Below, piece by piece: positions 18,888-28,986 of a stretch of DNA of 64,000 nucleotides. Positions within the stretch are counted from its first letter, which is position 1; each line of letters begins with the position of its first letter. Below the pieces are notes generated by a model that worked only from the letters and a program-made list of their open reading frames with translations, was not told where the DNA came from and searched no databases. Where the stretch lies: positions 17,030 through 81,029 of the forward strand of contig JBBRCQ010000005.1 in assembly GCA_038204725.1 (NCBI GenBank). The letters run 5' to 3'. The position numbers were made by a program, and so were the translations under genes. The DNA comes from Bacteroidales bacterium (GTDB lineage: Bacteria; Bacteroidota; Bacteroidia; Bacteroidales; JACABE01).

Positions 18888-20939
18888 TTGTGGCAAAAAA
18901 AAAAAAACTTGGAATTTCAATTAACATCTGATTTTAAACCAACCGGTGATCAACCTGAGGCCATCAAGCAATTGGTAGAAGGTATTGTAAGAGGCGATAA
19001 AGCTCAAACCTTATTGGGAGTAACAGGTTCAGGAAAAACTTTTACTGTAGCCAACATCATTCAACAGGTTCAAAAACCAACGCTTATATTAAGCCATAAC
19101 AAGACTTTGGCAGCTCAGTTGTTCAGTGAATTTAAGCAATTTTTCCCTGACAATGCAGTTGAATATTTTGTTTCTTATTACGATTATTATCAACCTGAAG
19201 CTTTTATTCCATCAACCAATACTTACATTGAAAAAGACCTTTCGATCAACGCTGAAATTGAAAAATTCAGATTAAGTACCTCTTCAGCTTTACTTTCTGC
19301 AAGAAAAGATATTATAGTAGTTGCTTCTGTTTCATGTATTTATGGTATAGGAAACCCAGATGATTTTTATAGCAATATCATTGAAATCAAAAAAGGAGAT
19401 GTAATAAGCCGAAATAAATTATTGCTTGCTTTTGTCGGAAGTTTGTATTCCCGTACCGAAGCTGATTTTAACAGAGGGAATTTCAGAGTTAAAGGGGATA
19501 CTGTTGAAATATACCCTGCCTATCTTGATATTGGCTATCGTATTATTTTCTGGGGCGATGATATTGAGAGCATTGAATCTTTTGATGTTATAAATGGATT
19601 TACAATAGATGCATTTGAGGAAATTAAGATATTTCCTGCAAATATATTTGTTACTTCTCCCGATAAAGTGAAGAAAGCCATTTATGCCATTCAGGATGAC
19701 TTGGTCAAGCAAATTACTTTCTTAAAAGAAGTTGGAAAGCCACTGGAAGCCAAACGACTGGAAGACAGGGTTACATATGATCTGGAAATGTTACGCGAAT
19801 TGGGCTATTGTTCCGGTATTGAGAATTATTCAAGATATTTTGATGGCAGAGAACAGGGTTCAAGACCTTTTTGTCTGATTGATTATTTTCCCGATGATTT
19901 CTTAATGGTTATTGATGAAAGTCATGCTACCATTCCTCAGGTAAGAGCAATGTACGGAGGCGACCGTTCGCGTAAGCAAAATCTTGTTGAATATGGCTTC
20001 CGCCTACCTTCAGCTATGGATAACCGTCCTTTAAAGTTTGATGAATTTGAGGCTATGGTAAAACAAACCATATTTGTAAGTGCCACTCCTGCCGATTACG
20101 AATTACAGCTATCAGATGGGGTAGTTGTTGAACAATTAATTCGTCCAACAGGTTTGCTGGATCCAATCATTGATGTACGCCCAAGTTTGAATCAGGTTGA
20201 TGATTTATTAGGTGAAATAGAGATAGTTACAAAACGAAATGAAAGAACATTGGTGACAACCTTAACCAAAAGAATGGCAGAAGAATTGTCAAAGTACCTT
20301 ACGAATATTGGCATTCGATGCAGATATATCCATTCTGACGTTGTTACTCTGGAAAGAATTGAAATACTAAATGACTTAAGAGCAGGTAGTTTTGATGTAC
20401 TTATTGGAGTAAATCTTTTAAGAGAAGGATTGGATTTACCTGAAGTATCACTGGTGGCTATTTTAGATGCAGATAAAGAAGGTTTTTTACGTTCCGAAAG
20501 GTCTTTAACCCAAACATCGGGTCGGGCTGCACGTAACGTGAACAGCAAAGTAATTATGTATGCTGATAAAATTACGCATTCGATGCAAATGACCATTGAC
20601 TCCACTAACCGCAAACGCGAAAAACAAATTCAATACAATTTAGAAAATAATATTACACCTACAACTATAATAAGATCAAAAGATTCAGTTTTTGGACAAG
20701 TTAAAGCAGGAAATAAAAATGAAGCAAGACCCTATATTGAAAATGAATCAATTGTTATAGCTGCTGAACCGGTTCTTAATTATATGAGTAAAGATCAGCT
20801 ACAAAAAAGCTTACAATCTTTGAAAGTAGAAATGAATAAAGCGGTAAAACAACTCGATTTTATTCAGGCTGCCAAAATAAGAGATGAAATGTTTGAATTG
20901 CAAAAATTAATTGAATTAAAAAGCAGGAAAGCATATTAG
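18888..20939 (+). CDS. uvrB: excinuclease ABC subunit B
   Basis: FKPTGDQPEAI, GVTGSGKTFT (Walker A) and a C-terminal UVR domain (AAKIRDEM). No ATG is available. TTG 18888 or TTG 18909 (MEFQLTSDF) are the possible starts. Confidence 0.95.
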   Translation: MWQKKKNLEFQLTSDFKPTGDQPEAIKQLVEGIVRGDKAQTLLGVTGSGKTFTVANIIQQVQKPTLILSHNKTLAAQLFSEFKQFFPDNAVEYFVSYYDYYQPEAFIPSTNTYIEKDLSINAEIEKFRLSTSSALLSARKDIIVVASVSCIYGIGNPDDFYSNIIEIKKGDVISRNKLLLAFVGSLYSRTEADFNRGNFRVKGDTVEIYPAYLDIGYRIIFWGDDIESIESFDVINGFTIDAFEEIKIFPANIFVTSPDKVKKAIYAIQDDLVKQITFLKEVGKPLEAKRLEDRVTYDLEMLRELGYCSGIENYSRYFDGREQGSRPFCLIDYFPDDFLMVIDESHATIPQVRAMYGGDRSRKQNLVEYGFRLPSAMDNRPLKFDEFEAMVKQTIFVSATPADYELQLSDGVVVEQLIRPTGLLDPIIDVRPSLNQVDDLLGEIEIVTKRNERTLVTTLTKRMAEELSKYLTNIGIRCRYIHSDVVTLERIEILNDLRAGSFDVLIGVNLLREGLDLPEVSLVAILDADKEGFLRSERSLTQTSGRAARNVNSKVIMYADKITHSMQMTIDSTNRKREKQIQYNLENNITPTTIIRSKDSVFGQVKAGNKNEARPYIENESIVIAAEPVLNYMSKDQLQKSLQSLKVEMNKAVKQLDFIQAAKIRDEMFELQKLIELKSRKAY

Positions 20940-21163
20940 TTCCAATAATAAAATTACTTTTGTAATGGATGTATTCATAATGTTAAGCTTAGCATTGTCC
21001 CGAGAGATACAATTTTGGATTGAAAGGTTTATGAAGTACAAATAATTATATTTTTTATTCAATATATAATTCGCAGTGATTACATTTAGTTAAAAAAGCA
21101 AATACTAAAAATAAAGTTTTCATCACCATCTATAAGTAGCTATAAATCATTTATAAAATAACC

Positions 21164-22414
21164 ATGAAATTAAAAAATAAAAATTTATTTTTATCATTTT
21201 TGTTAATAACTATTTCAATTACAGCATTTTCTCAAAACACAGCAAAGAAAGACAAAGCTATTTTTATTGAAAAGAAACCAGGCTATTATCAAAATGTTCT
21301 CTTAAAAAATATTGAAATAGACGATAAAAATAATAGTCAAATTGCGGAAGCTGCAAAATCATTTTCAATAGATTTTACAGATAAAACTTTCCCTACCGAC
21401 ACTTCCGCTTACACAAAAATATGGCATAATAATCCCTTAAACCAAGGTTTGACAGGTACTTGCTGGTGTTTTGCAGGTACTTCATTTCTGGAATCAGAAG
21501 TTGAAAGAACAACTACACGTAAAATAAAATTGTCTGAAATGTTTACTGTATATTGGGAATATGTGGAACGGGCTAGATATTTTGTGGAAAAACGAGGCAA
21601 CATGTATTTTAGTGAAGGTTCTGAATCCAATGCTGTTTTGCGAATGATGAATAAATACGGTGCCGTTCCTTCCTATGTATACACTGGTAGATTGCCTGGA
21701 AAAACTGTTCATAATCATTCCAAAATGCTGGAAGAGATGTTGGATTATCTGGAGTCGGTGAAGAGAAATAATCAATGGAACGAAGAAACCGTATTAACTA
21801 CGATTAAAAGTATTCTAAATTTTTATATGGGAGAACCTCCTACCGCATTTACGTTTGATGGAAAAACAATGAGTCCTGTTGTTTTTTATACCGATATTTT
21901 GAAGTTGAATACAATGAATTATTTCAGTTTTATGTCTACCAAAGAATTAGCCTACAATCAGAAAGGATTATTAGACGAACCTGATAATTGGTGGAAAAGT
22001 GATGATTATTACAATTTATCGTTAAACGATTACATGAAACTTGTAAAAAATGCACTTACAAAAGGTTATTCCATTGCAGTGTGCGGTGATGTTTCGGAAC
22101 CAGGATACAACAGCCAAACTCAGGTTGCTATTGTTCCAACCTTTGATATTCCAGCAGAATATATTGATGAAGATAGTCGCCAATATCGTTTGGAAAATAA
22201 ATCAACAACTGACGATCATTGTTTGCATATTGTTGGTTATCAACAAAAAGACGGTAAATATTGGTTTCTGGTTAAAGATTCAGGAAGTGGTGGTTTTGAC
22301 GGAAAAACCAAAGGGTATCGCTTTTATCACGAAGATTATATCAAACTGAAAATGATGAATATATTGATGCATAAAACTGCTGCTAAAGAATTTTTAGATA
22401 AAATAATTAAGTAG
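21164..22414 (+). CDS. C1-family cysteine peptidase (aminopeptidase C / bleomycin-hydrolase-like) with signal peptide
   Basis: Catalytic Cys context GTCWCFAG and His context DDHCLHIVGY. N-terminal signal peptide present. Confidence 0.85.
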   Translation: MKLKNKNLFLSFLLITISITAFSQNTAKKDKAIFIEKKPGYYQNVLLKNIEIDDKNNSQIAEAAKSFSIDFTDKTFPTDTSAYTKIWHNNPLNQGLTGTCWCFAGTSFLESEVERTTTRKIKLSEMFTVYWEYVERARYFVEKRGNMYFSEGSESNAVLRMMNKYGAVPSYVYTGRLPGKTVHNHSKMLEEMLDYLESVKRNNQWNEETVLTTIKSILNFYMGEPPTAFTFDGKTMSPVVFYTDILKLNTMNYFSFMSTKELAYNQKGLLDEPDNWWKSDDYYNLSLNDYMKLVKNALTKGYSIAVCGDVSEPGYNSQTQVAIVPTFDIPAEYIDEDSRQYRLENKSTTDDHCLHIVGYQQKDGKYWFLVKDSGSGGFDGKTKGYRFYHEDYIKLKMMNILMHKTAAKEFLDKIIK

Positions 22415-22469
22415 GTACTTGGAGTACTTGGAGTACTTGGAGTACTTAAAGTTATGAGACTTTAAGTAC
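22415..22469. repeat. 9-mer GTACTTGGA x3 running into a perfect 11-bp hairpin
   Basis: Units at 22415, 22424 and 22433. Stem GTACTTAAAGT (22442-22452) / ACTTTAAGTAC (22459-22469) with loop TATGAG. Starts immediately after the peptidase stop codon. Confidence 0.9.
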
Positions 22470-22589
22470 GCGAAAAATTTAATCATTAATCATAAATAAA
22501 AGCTTATAAAATGTTGAAAATAATGCTTATAAGAAGCAAAAATCAATTATTTTTTATCGCTTGGTATCTTTATGACAAAAAAAATCTAA

Positions 22590-23843
22590 ATGAACAACGT
22601 AATAATAATAAATAAACGTAAAATAATAAACGATCCAGTTTATGGATTTATTGGATTGCCCAACGATTTGATATTCGACATTATTGAACACCCCTATTTT
22701 CAAAGATTAAGACGAATTAAACAACTTGGTCTTACGCATCTGGTATATCCCGGAGCTTTACACACCCGTTTTGGTCACGCATTGGGCAGTATGCATCTAA
22801 TGTTGCAAGCTTTAGATGTGTTGAAACAAAAAGGACAAATTATTACAGATGAAGAAACCAATGCTGCTGCTATCGCTATTTTATTGCACGATATCGGACA
22901 CGGTCCTTTTTCGCATGCATTGGAACATTCTATTGTTGAATGCATGAGTCACGAATCTCTTTCCGAGATATTTATGAATCGTTTAAATCAGATTTTTAAT
23001 GGAGAGCTTACAATGGCACTGGATATTTTCAAAGGTATCTATCCTAAAAAGTTTCTGCATCAATTGGTTTCCGGTCAATTGGATGTGGACAGGTTGGATT
23101 ATTTAACCCGTGATAGTTTCTTTACAGGTGTTTCTGAAGGTATTATTGGTACCGAACGTATCATTAAAATGCTCAATGTATGGGATGGTGAATTGGTAGT
23201 TGAAATTAAAGGTATCTATTCCATAGAAAAATTTCTGGTTGCCCGACGGTTGATGTATTGGCAAGTATATCTTCACAAAACAGTTCTCTCTGCTGAACAA
23301 CTGATGATAAAAATATTAAAACGGGCTAAACAACTGGCTCAATCAGGCGTTGAAGTATTTTCAACACCTGCATTGCAAATTTTTTTAAAAAATAATTATC
23401 AGAAAAGTGACTTTTTTGATGATGAAACACTCATTGAAACATTTGCTCAATTGGATGATTTTGATATTTTTACGTCTATCAAAGTCTGGCAGAATCATGA
23501 AGATAAAATTCTGTCTGAACTATCCAGCTATTTGGTAAACAGAAAACTTTATCAGATTGAATTACAAAATAATGCATTTGATAAAGAACGCATACTTATA
23601 ATGAAAGAAAAAATATGTAAGTATTTTACCATTAGTTCAGAAGATGCAGATTTTTTTGTTTTTACAACAGATGTAGTGAACAATGCTTATGATTTAAAAC
23701 ACGAAACCATTAATATCTTAATGAAAAACAATGTAATAAAGGATATTTCAGAGGCTTCGGATCAGTTGAATGCAGCTTTTCTTGACAAAGTAGTTACAAA
23801 ACACTTGCTTTGTTATCCCAAAGAAAGATATTTAACAGTGTAA
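22590..23843 (+). CDS. HD-domain phosphohydrolase (dGTPase/SAMHD1-like superfamily)
   Basis: HTRFGHALGSMHL and LLHDIGHGPFSH metal-binding motifs, plus DVDRLDYLTRD. Confidence 0.85.
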   Translation: MNNVIIINKRKIINDPVYGFIGLPNDLIFDIIEHPYFQRLRRIKQLGLTHLVYPGALHTRFGHALGSMHLMLQALDVLKQKGQIITDEETNAAAIAILLHDIGHGPFSHALEHSIVECMSHESLSEIFMNRLNQIFNGELTMALDIFKGIYPKKFLHQLVSGQLDVDRLDYLTRDSFFTGVSEGIIGTERIIKMLNVWDGELVVEIKGIYSIEKFLVARRLMYWQVYLHKTVLSAEQLMIKILKRAKQLAQSGVEVFSTPALQIFLKNNYQKSDFFDDETLIETFAQLDDFDIFTSIKVWQNHEDKILSELSSYLVNRKLYQIELQNNAFDKERILIMKEKICKYFTISSEDADFFVFTTDVVNNAYDLKHETINILMKNNVIKDISEASDQLNAAFLDKVVTKHLLCYPKERYLTV

Positions 23844-23971
23844 TTCCCTTTTTATAAACATGACCAAATGTTTATTTATTTGATTTAATGATAAATATAA
23901 ATATTTTCACAATTATTGCTTAAAGAATTTTCTTTTGAGTATAAAAAATGCTAAAATGTTTAGAAAAGTCT

Positions 23972-23979
23972 TAATTTTG
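23972..23979 (+). promoter_or_regulatory. Bacteroidetes -7-like box TAATTTTG upstream of lpxD
   Basis: Matches TAnnTTTG and ends 41 nt before ATG 24021. No clear -33 TTTG was seen. Confidence 0.3.
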
Positions 23980-24020
23980 CAAATCAGATAAATTAATATT
24001 TTATACTAATACGCTCATTA

Positions 24021-25052
24021 ATGAAATTTACGGTTCAGCAAATAGCCGATACTTTAAACGGTGTTGTAGAAGGAAATCCTGAAATAACAGTAAATAAACT
24101 ATCAAAGATTGAAGAAGGCAGTGAAGGAAGTCTTTCTTTTTTAGCAAATAAGTTGTATACTTCTTATATTTATTCTACTGAGGCTTCAGCAGTGATTGTC
24201 AATAAAGATTTTTTAGCTGAACAACCTATTACTGTTACTTTAATAAGAGTAGACGATGCATACAGTGCATTTGCCAAGCTTCTTGATTTTTACAATCAGG
24301 TAAAGTTGAACAAAACAGGAATTTCAACGCTTGCCTTCATCTCTCCTACAGCAACCACCGGCGAAAATAATTATATCGGAGAGTTTGCTTTTTTAGGTGA
24401 AAATGTTAAACTGGGCAAAAATACGAAAATATACCCTCAGGTTTATTTAGGAGACAACACTATTATCGGTGACAATACTACGTTATTTGCAGGTGCTAAA
24501 ATATATTCCGATACTATCATCGGAAACAATTGCATCATACATGCAGGTGTTGTGTTGGGTGCAGATGGTTTTGGGTTTGCACAGCAAATCGATAATATCT
24601 ACAACAAAGTAGCACAGATTGGAAACGTTGTTATCGAAGACAATGTTGAGATTGGAGCAAATACAAGTATCGACAGGGCTACATTGGGCTCAACCATTAT
24701 TAAAAAAGGTGTAAAACTGGACAATCAAATCCAGATTGGACATAATGTAGTAATTGGTGAAAATACAGTAATCGTTTCTCAAACTGGAATAGCAGGTTCC
24801 ACAAAAATTGGGAAAAATTGTATGATTGCCGGCCAGGTGGGTATTGTCGGGCATATCACAATAGCAGACAATGTAAAAATAGGTGCACAATCGGGTATAA
24901 ATTCTTCCATTAAAAAAGAAGGAGCTGCATTACTGGGTTCTCCTGCATTTAATGTAAGTGATTACAGGAAAACTTCTGTACATTTCCGCAATTTAACCAA
25001 ATTAGTAGCCCGCATTGAAGAATTAGAGAAAAAATTAAAAGATAAAGAATAA
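24021..25052 (+). CDS. lpxD: UDP-3-O-acylglucosamine N-acyltransferase
   Basis: N-terminus [14 protein letters not shown], a long left-handed beta-helix hexapeptide region, and a C-terminal helix. Confidence 0.9.
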   Translation: MKFTVQQIADTLNGVVEGNPEITVNKLSKIEEGSEGSLSFLANKLYTSYIYSTEASAVIVNKDFLAEQPITVTLIRVDDAYSAFAKLLDFYNQVKLNKTGISTLAFISPTATTGENNYIGEFAFLGENVKLGKNTKIYPQVYLGDNTIIGDNTTLFAGAKIYSDTIIGNNCIIHAGVVLGADGFGFAQQIDNIYNKVAQIGNVVIEDNVEIGANTSIDRATLGSTIIKKGVKLDNQIQIGHNVVIGENTVIVSQTGIAGSTKIGKNCMIAGQVGIVGHITIADNVKIGAQSGINSSIKKEGAALLGSPAFNVSDYRKTSVHFRNLTKLVARIEELEKKLKDKE

Positions 25053-25089
25053 GGTTTCGATAAATACTTTACTCGTTTCATTATCATTT

Positions 25090-25122
25090 AAGTCCCGAAA
25101 CCAAAGTTCCGGGACTTTTTTT
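25090..25122 (+). terminator. rho-independent terminator after lpxD
   Basis: AAGTCCCG...CGGGACTT stem followed by T7. Confidence 0.65.
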
Positions 25123-25414
25123 ATATCTACCGAAAGGTATTAAAGAAAAATGTGTCTAATTGATTGTTCTAAACTTTAAAATATTAATAATTTTATAACT
25201 TTTTTTTGAAATACTATAACATCGTGGATTTTTAAATTAGTAATATTGCAAATCAAATTGCATCCATTTATAAAGAATATTATATAACTCGATGCATTTA
25301 AAATTTAAAAATAAGTTTTCATTGATACTTATGATTTAAGTCTTAACATATTTTATCCATTTAGTTCAAAAAAAAACTATTTTTGCAAGGCAAAACACTC
25401 ATTTACTTTAAAAT

Positions 25415-27628
25415 ATGCAGAAACTAAAAACATTGTTCCCTCATTATATCAGTAGTTTACTGAATAGTTATTCTCAGATTTTCTTTTCAAAAAGTGTGAT
25501 TTTCGCATGCCTTTTATTAATTGTTACTTTTTTTGATTTTTATGCAGGTTTAAGCGGTTTAATTGCTGTAACCATATCCAATACTGCAGCTTATTTAATC
25601 GGCTTCAACCGCAACAATATCAGATCGGGTTATTATGGTTTCAATAGTTTGCTGGTAGCTTTAGGATTGGGCGTATATTATGATCCCAATATGCAGTTTT
25701 TTATGATTCTGTTTTTTGCAACTTTGCTTACTTTGCTGATTACAGTGTCATTAGAGGGTGTTGTTGGTAAATATGGATTGCCCTATTTAAGTATTTCGTT
25801 TTTGTTAGTTATCTGGATGGTAACTTTAGCTACCAGACAATTTACTTCACTTATTATAAGCGAAAGAGGAATTTACTCGCTGAATGAAATGTATATTTTG
25901 GGAGGTTTTTCAATGGTTAGTATATACGAATGGTTTGAAACTTTGAATTTACCTGTTTCTATCATTCTATATTTTCGTTCGTTGGGTGCAATTTTCTTTC
26001 AATACCATTTAGGTGCAGGTTTACTGGTAGCTTTAGGTTTATTGATTTATTCGAGGATTGCATTTTTATTATCTATATTTGGATTTGGAGCAGCATACAT
26101 CTTTTATCAAATTATAGGAGGCAATATAACAGAATTAAGTTACAGCTATATCGGCTTTAATTATATCCTTACTGCCATTGCCATTGGAGGTTTCTTTATA
26201 GTTTCATCAAAATTTTCATTTTTATGGGTATTATTGATGGTTCCATTAATTTCAATTATTCTTTCGAGTACGAATGTATTACTTTCGATGTTCCAGCTCT
26301 CAATATTTTCATTACCATTTAACATGGTAGTGCTGCTTTTTTTGTACATACTTAAATTTAGAGAACGCTTTTATTTTCATCCTGAGATTGTCACCGTTCA
26401 ACAGTTTTCTCCGGAGAAAAATCTATATACTCAAAAAAACAACATGGGGCGATTTCGCAATGCATTCATTATTCCAATTGCACTCCCTTTTTGGGGCGAA
26501 TGGAAGGTTACTCAGGCTCATGATGGAACTATAACCCACAAAGGCGAATGGAAACATGCCTGGGATTTTGAAATTACAGATGAAAAAAATAAAATGTATA
26601 CTGAAAATGGATTAAACTGCTCTGATTATTATTGTTACAATAAACCTATCATTGCTCCTGCAGCCGGTTGGGTGGAGCTTATTCTTGACAATATTGATGA
26701 TAATAAAATAGGCGAAGTAAACCTTGATGACAACTGGGGAAACACAATTATCATCCGTCATACCGATTTGTTATTCAGTAAAATTTGTCATCTAAAAAAA
26801 GAAAGCTTTAAAGTTAAAGTTGGCGATTATGTTAAAAAAGGAGATATTATTGCCAATAGTGGTAATTCAGGCAGATCGCCCCAACCACATGTTCATTTTC
26901 AATTGCAGGCAACTCCATTTGTGGGCTCTAAAACACTGGATTATCCTTTAGGACATTATATTAAATATAACAAAGGAAAATACACTTTGCAATCTTATCA
27001 AAAACCAAAAGAAAATGATACCATCTCAAATATAGAGAAAAATGAATCTTTGTTCAAAGCCTATCATTTTATTCCGGGGCAACGCTTGATTTTTAGTGTG
27101 CAAACTAAGAAAAAAACTCAGCAAAAGGAATATATTTGGGAAGTACAAGTGGATATCAATAACCAATCATTGCTACATTGCGAAACTACCGGTGCAAAAG
27201 CATATTTTTACAACGATGGAAGTTTTCACTATTTTACACATTACGAAGGCAACAAAAAAACATTGTTATATTACTTCTATCTGGCTAATTTTAAGGTAAT
27301 GAACGGATTTTATAAAAATTTAATCATCGAAGACAACTATCCATTGCACATTACGGCTAATAAGCTAATTCTAATTGTTCAGGATTTTATAGCACCCTTT
27401 TATATTTTTATGCAATCAAAATTTCAAATGACTTATATCTCTAAAAAAGATGATTTTAATAATAGCGATATAGAATTGAAATCACAATCAACCATCAGCA
27501 TAGGGAAAATTATCACTCGGCAATTAAAGTTTAATATAACAATTAAGGATAATGGTATTGACAAAATTAAAGTTACACAAGGCGATAAAAGTTTCATTGC
27601 TCAACGCTTGATGAAAGATATCGTTTAA
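25415..27628 (+). CDS. fusion protein: urea-transporter-like (UT family) multi-pass membrane domain, M23 metallopeptidase domain, and an unknown C-terminal domain of about 240 aa
   Basis: The N-terminal ~330 aa are hydrophobic with UT-like motifs (LLNSYSQIFF, GYYGFNSLLVALGLG). The M23 motifs are HAWDF and GNSGRSPQPHVHFQL. Confidence 0.75.
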   Translation: MQKLKTLFPHYISSLLNSYSQIFFSKSVIFACLLLIVTFFDFYAGLSGLIAVTISNTAAYLIGFNRNNIRSGYYGFNSLLVALGLGVYYDPNMQFFMILFFATLLTLLITVSLEGVVGKYGLPYLSISFLLVIWMVTLATRQFTSLIISERGIYSLNEMYILGGFSMVSIYEWFETLNLPVSIILYFRSLGAIFFQYHLGAGLLVALGLLIYSRIAFLLSIFGFGAAYIFYQIIGGNITELSYSYIGFNYILTAIAIGGFFIVSSKFSFLWVLLMVPLISIILSSTNVLLSMFQLSIFSLPFNMVVLLFLYILKFRERFYFHPEIVTVQQFSPEKNLYTQKNNMGRFRNAFIIPIALPFWGEWKVTQAHDGTITHKGEWKHAWDFEITDEKNKMYTENGLNCSDYYCYNKPIIAPAAGWVELILDNIDDNKIGEVNLDDNWGNTIIIRHTDLLFSKICHLKKESFKVKVGDYVKKGDIIANSGNSGRSPQPHVHFQLQATPFVGSKTLDYPLGHYIKYNKGKYTLQSYQKPKENDTISNIEKNESLFKAYHFIPGQRLIFSVQTKKKTQQKEYIWEVQVDINNQSLLHCETTGAKAYFYNDGSFHYFTHYEGNKKTLLYYFYLANFKVMNGFYKNLIIEDNYPLHITANKLILIVQDFIAPFYIFMQSKFQMTYISKKDDFNNSDIELKSQSTISIGKIITRQLKFNITIKDNGIDKIKVTQGDKSFIAQRLMKDIV

Positions 27629-27639
27629 ATATAAAAAAT

Positions 27640-28986
27640 ATGTTTATAAAAGTTTTTAAAATATCAATTATAGTAATTTTTGTGCTATTCAGTTACAGCA
27701 GCATTGCTCAGGAAACAAATGAAAATATTGAACAAAAGACACTTGAATTGTTTCAGAATAAGCAATACAAAATACTCATTAATGTCGGTGAAAAAGCTAT
27801 CAGAAACAAAATCGACTACTTTTTTCTACGTTACAGGATTGGCGTTGCCTATTATGAATTGAGGAATTATCGAATGGCTGCCTTTCATTTAGAAAAAGCA
27901 CTTTTTTTTAATTCGGATGATGCTGGCGAATTGGAATATCTTTATTATAGTTATATTTTCTCCGGGAGGTTTTCGGATGCCAGTTTTATTACGCTAAACA
28001 TGTCAGATAGCTTAAAAGATAAGATTGGATATAAAACCAAATTTCTTAGTACTGTTTATGCTGAAGGTGGTGCTTCATTCAGTAATAATATATCTAAAAA
28101 TACCGGCATTGACATAGATTCCGATAGTAATATTTATGGTGAAAACGATATGAATAACAATGTATTGTATGGACATATCGGACTGAAACACGAAATATTG
28201 CCATTTTTAAGTGTTTACCATGGATATAGCCATCTTGCAATAGATAAGCGACAAATAATCAGGCAGAATGATAAAGACACAATATTTAATTACACTTTAA
28301 AACAAAATGAATACTACATCAACAGTGATATTCAATTAAAAAAAGGATTGAAACTAACACCTGCTTTTCATTTAATAAATGTAAGTTCAAACGTTATGAA
28401 ATTTGATACAAGCAGTTTTTTGAATCCATTTAAGATCGATACATTCAGTTTAACGAATTATGTAATCTCATTATCCATTTCAAAAGAATACAAACGATTT
28501 TCCTTTAATTTTTCCGGCAGCTATTCCAACCTGAATGCTGCAAAACAAATGCAGGGAGGAATAGGTATAACCTACTACCCTTTTGGAAATCTTAATTTAT
28601 ATACCAATACCGGTATGGTTTATTTTTATCAGAAAATGCCCGGCAGACAAGCTGGAAGTAAGGAAAACCGCCTAATATTTGATCAGATGATCGGATTAAA
28701 ATTATTTCCAAATCTATGGACAGAAGCATCTGTTACATTTGGTAACCTTGCAAACTATAATGAGAAAAATGCATTTATAGTATATAATATTGCTGATAAA
28801 ATAAATTTCAAGACAGGGATTTCATTTATCTTTGCTTTATCTTCAAAAATTGAATTATCTTTGAGATATCAATTTTTAAGCCGTGAAAGCGATTATATTA
28901 GCTATGAAAATACAACCTCATTTATCACAAAAACAACAAATTATCAAAATAATACCCTAATAGGAGGAATTAAATGGAAACTTTAA
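27640..28986 (+). CDS. secreted protein with an N-terminal TPR-like region and a probable outer-membrane beta-barrel
   Basis: Signal peptide. TPR-like helices (YRIGVAYYELRNYRMAAFHLEKAL). A long alternating beta pattern ends in IGGIKWKL. The gap to the upstream gene is 11 nt. Confidence 0.6.
   Translation: MFIKVFKISIIVIFVLFSYSSIAQETNENIEQKTLELFQNKQYKILINVGEKAIRNKIDYFFLRYRIGVAYYELRNYRMAAFHLEKALFFNSDDAGELEYLYYSYIFSGRFSDASFITLNMSDSLKDKIGYKTKFLSTVYAEGGASFSNNISKNTGIDIDSDSNIYGENDMNNNVLYGHIGLKHEILPFLSVYHGYSHLAIDKRQIIRQNDKDTIFNYTLKQNEYYINSDIQLKKGLKLTPAFHLINVSSNVMKFDTSSFLNPFKIDTFSLTNYVISLSISKEYKRFSFNFSGSYSNLNAAKQMQGGIGITYYPFGNLNLYTNTGMVYFYQKMPGRQAGSKENRLIFDQMIGLKLFPNLWTEASVTFGNLANYNEKNAFIVYNIADKINFKTGISFIFALSSKIELSLRYQFLSRESDYISYENTTSFITKTTNYQNNTLIGGIKWKL

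Noticed and set aside
22590-23843. HD-domain dGTPase-like protein as an anti-phage dNTP-depletion defence gene
   Set aside because: It sits in a housekeeping context directly upstream of lpxD, an arrangement I recall as common in Bacteroidota. There are no neighbouring defence or mobile genes.
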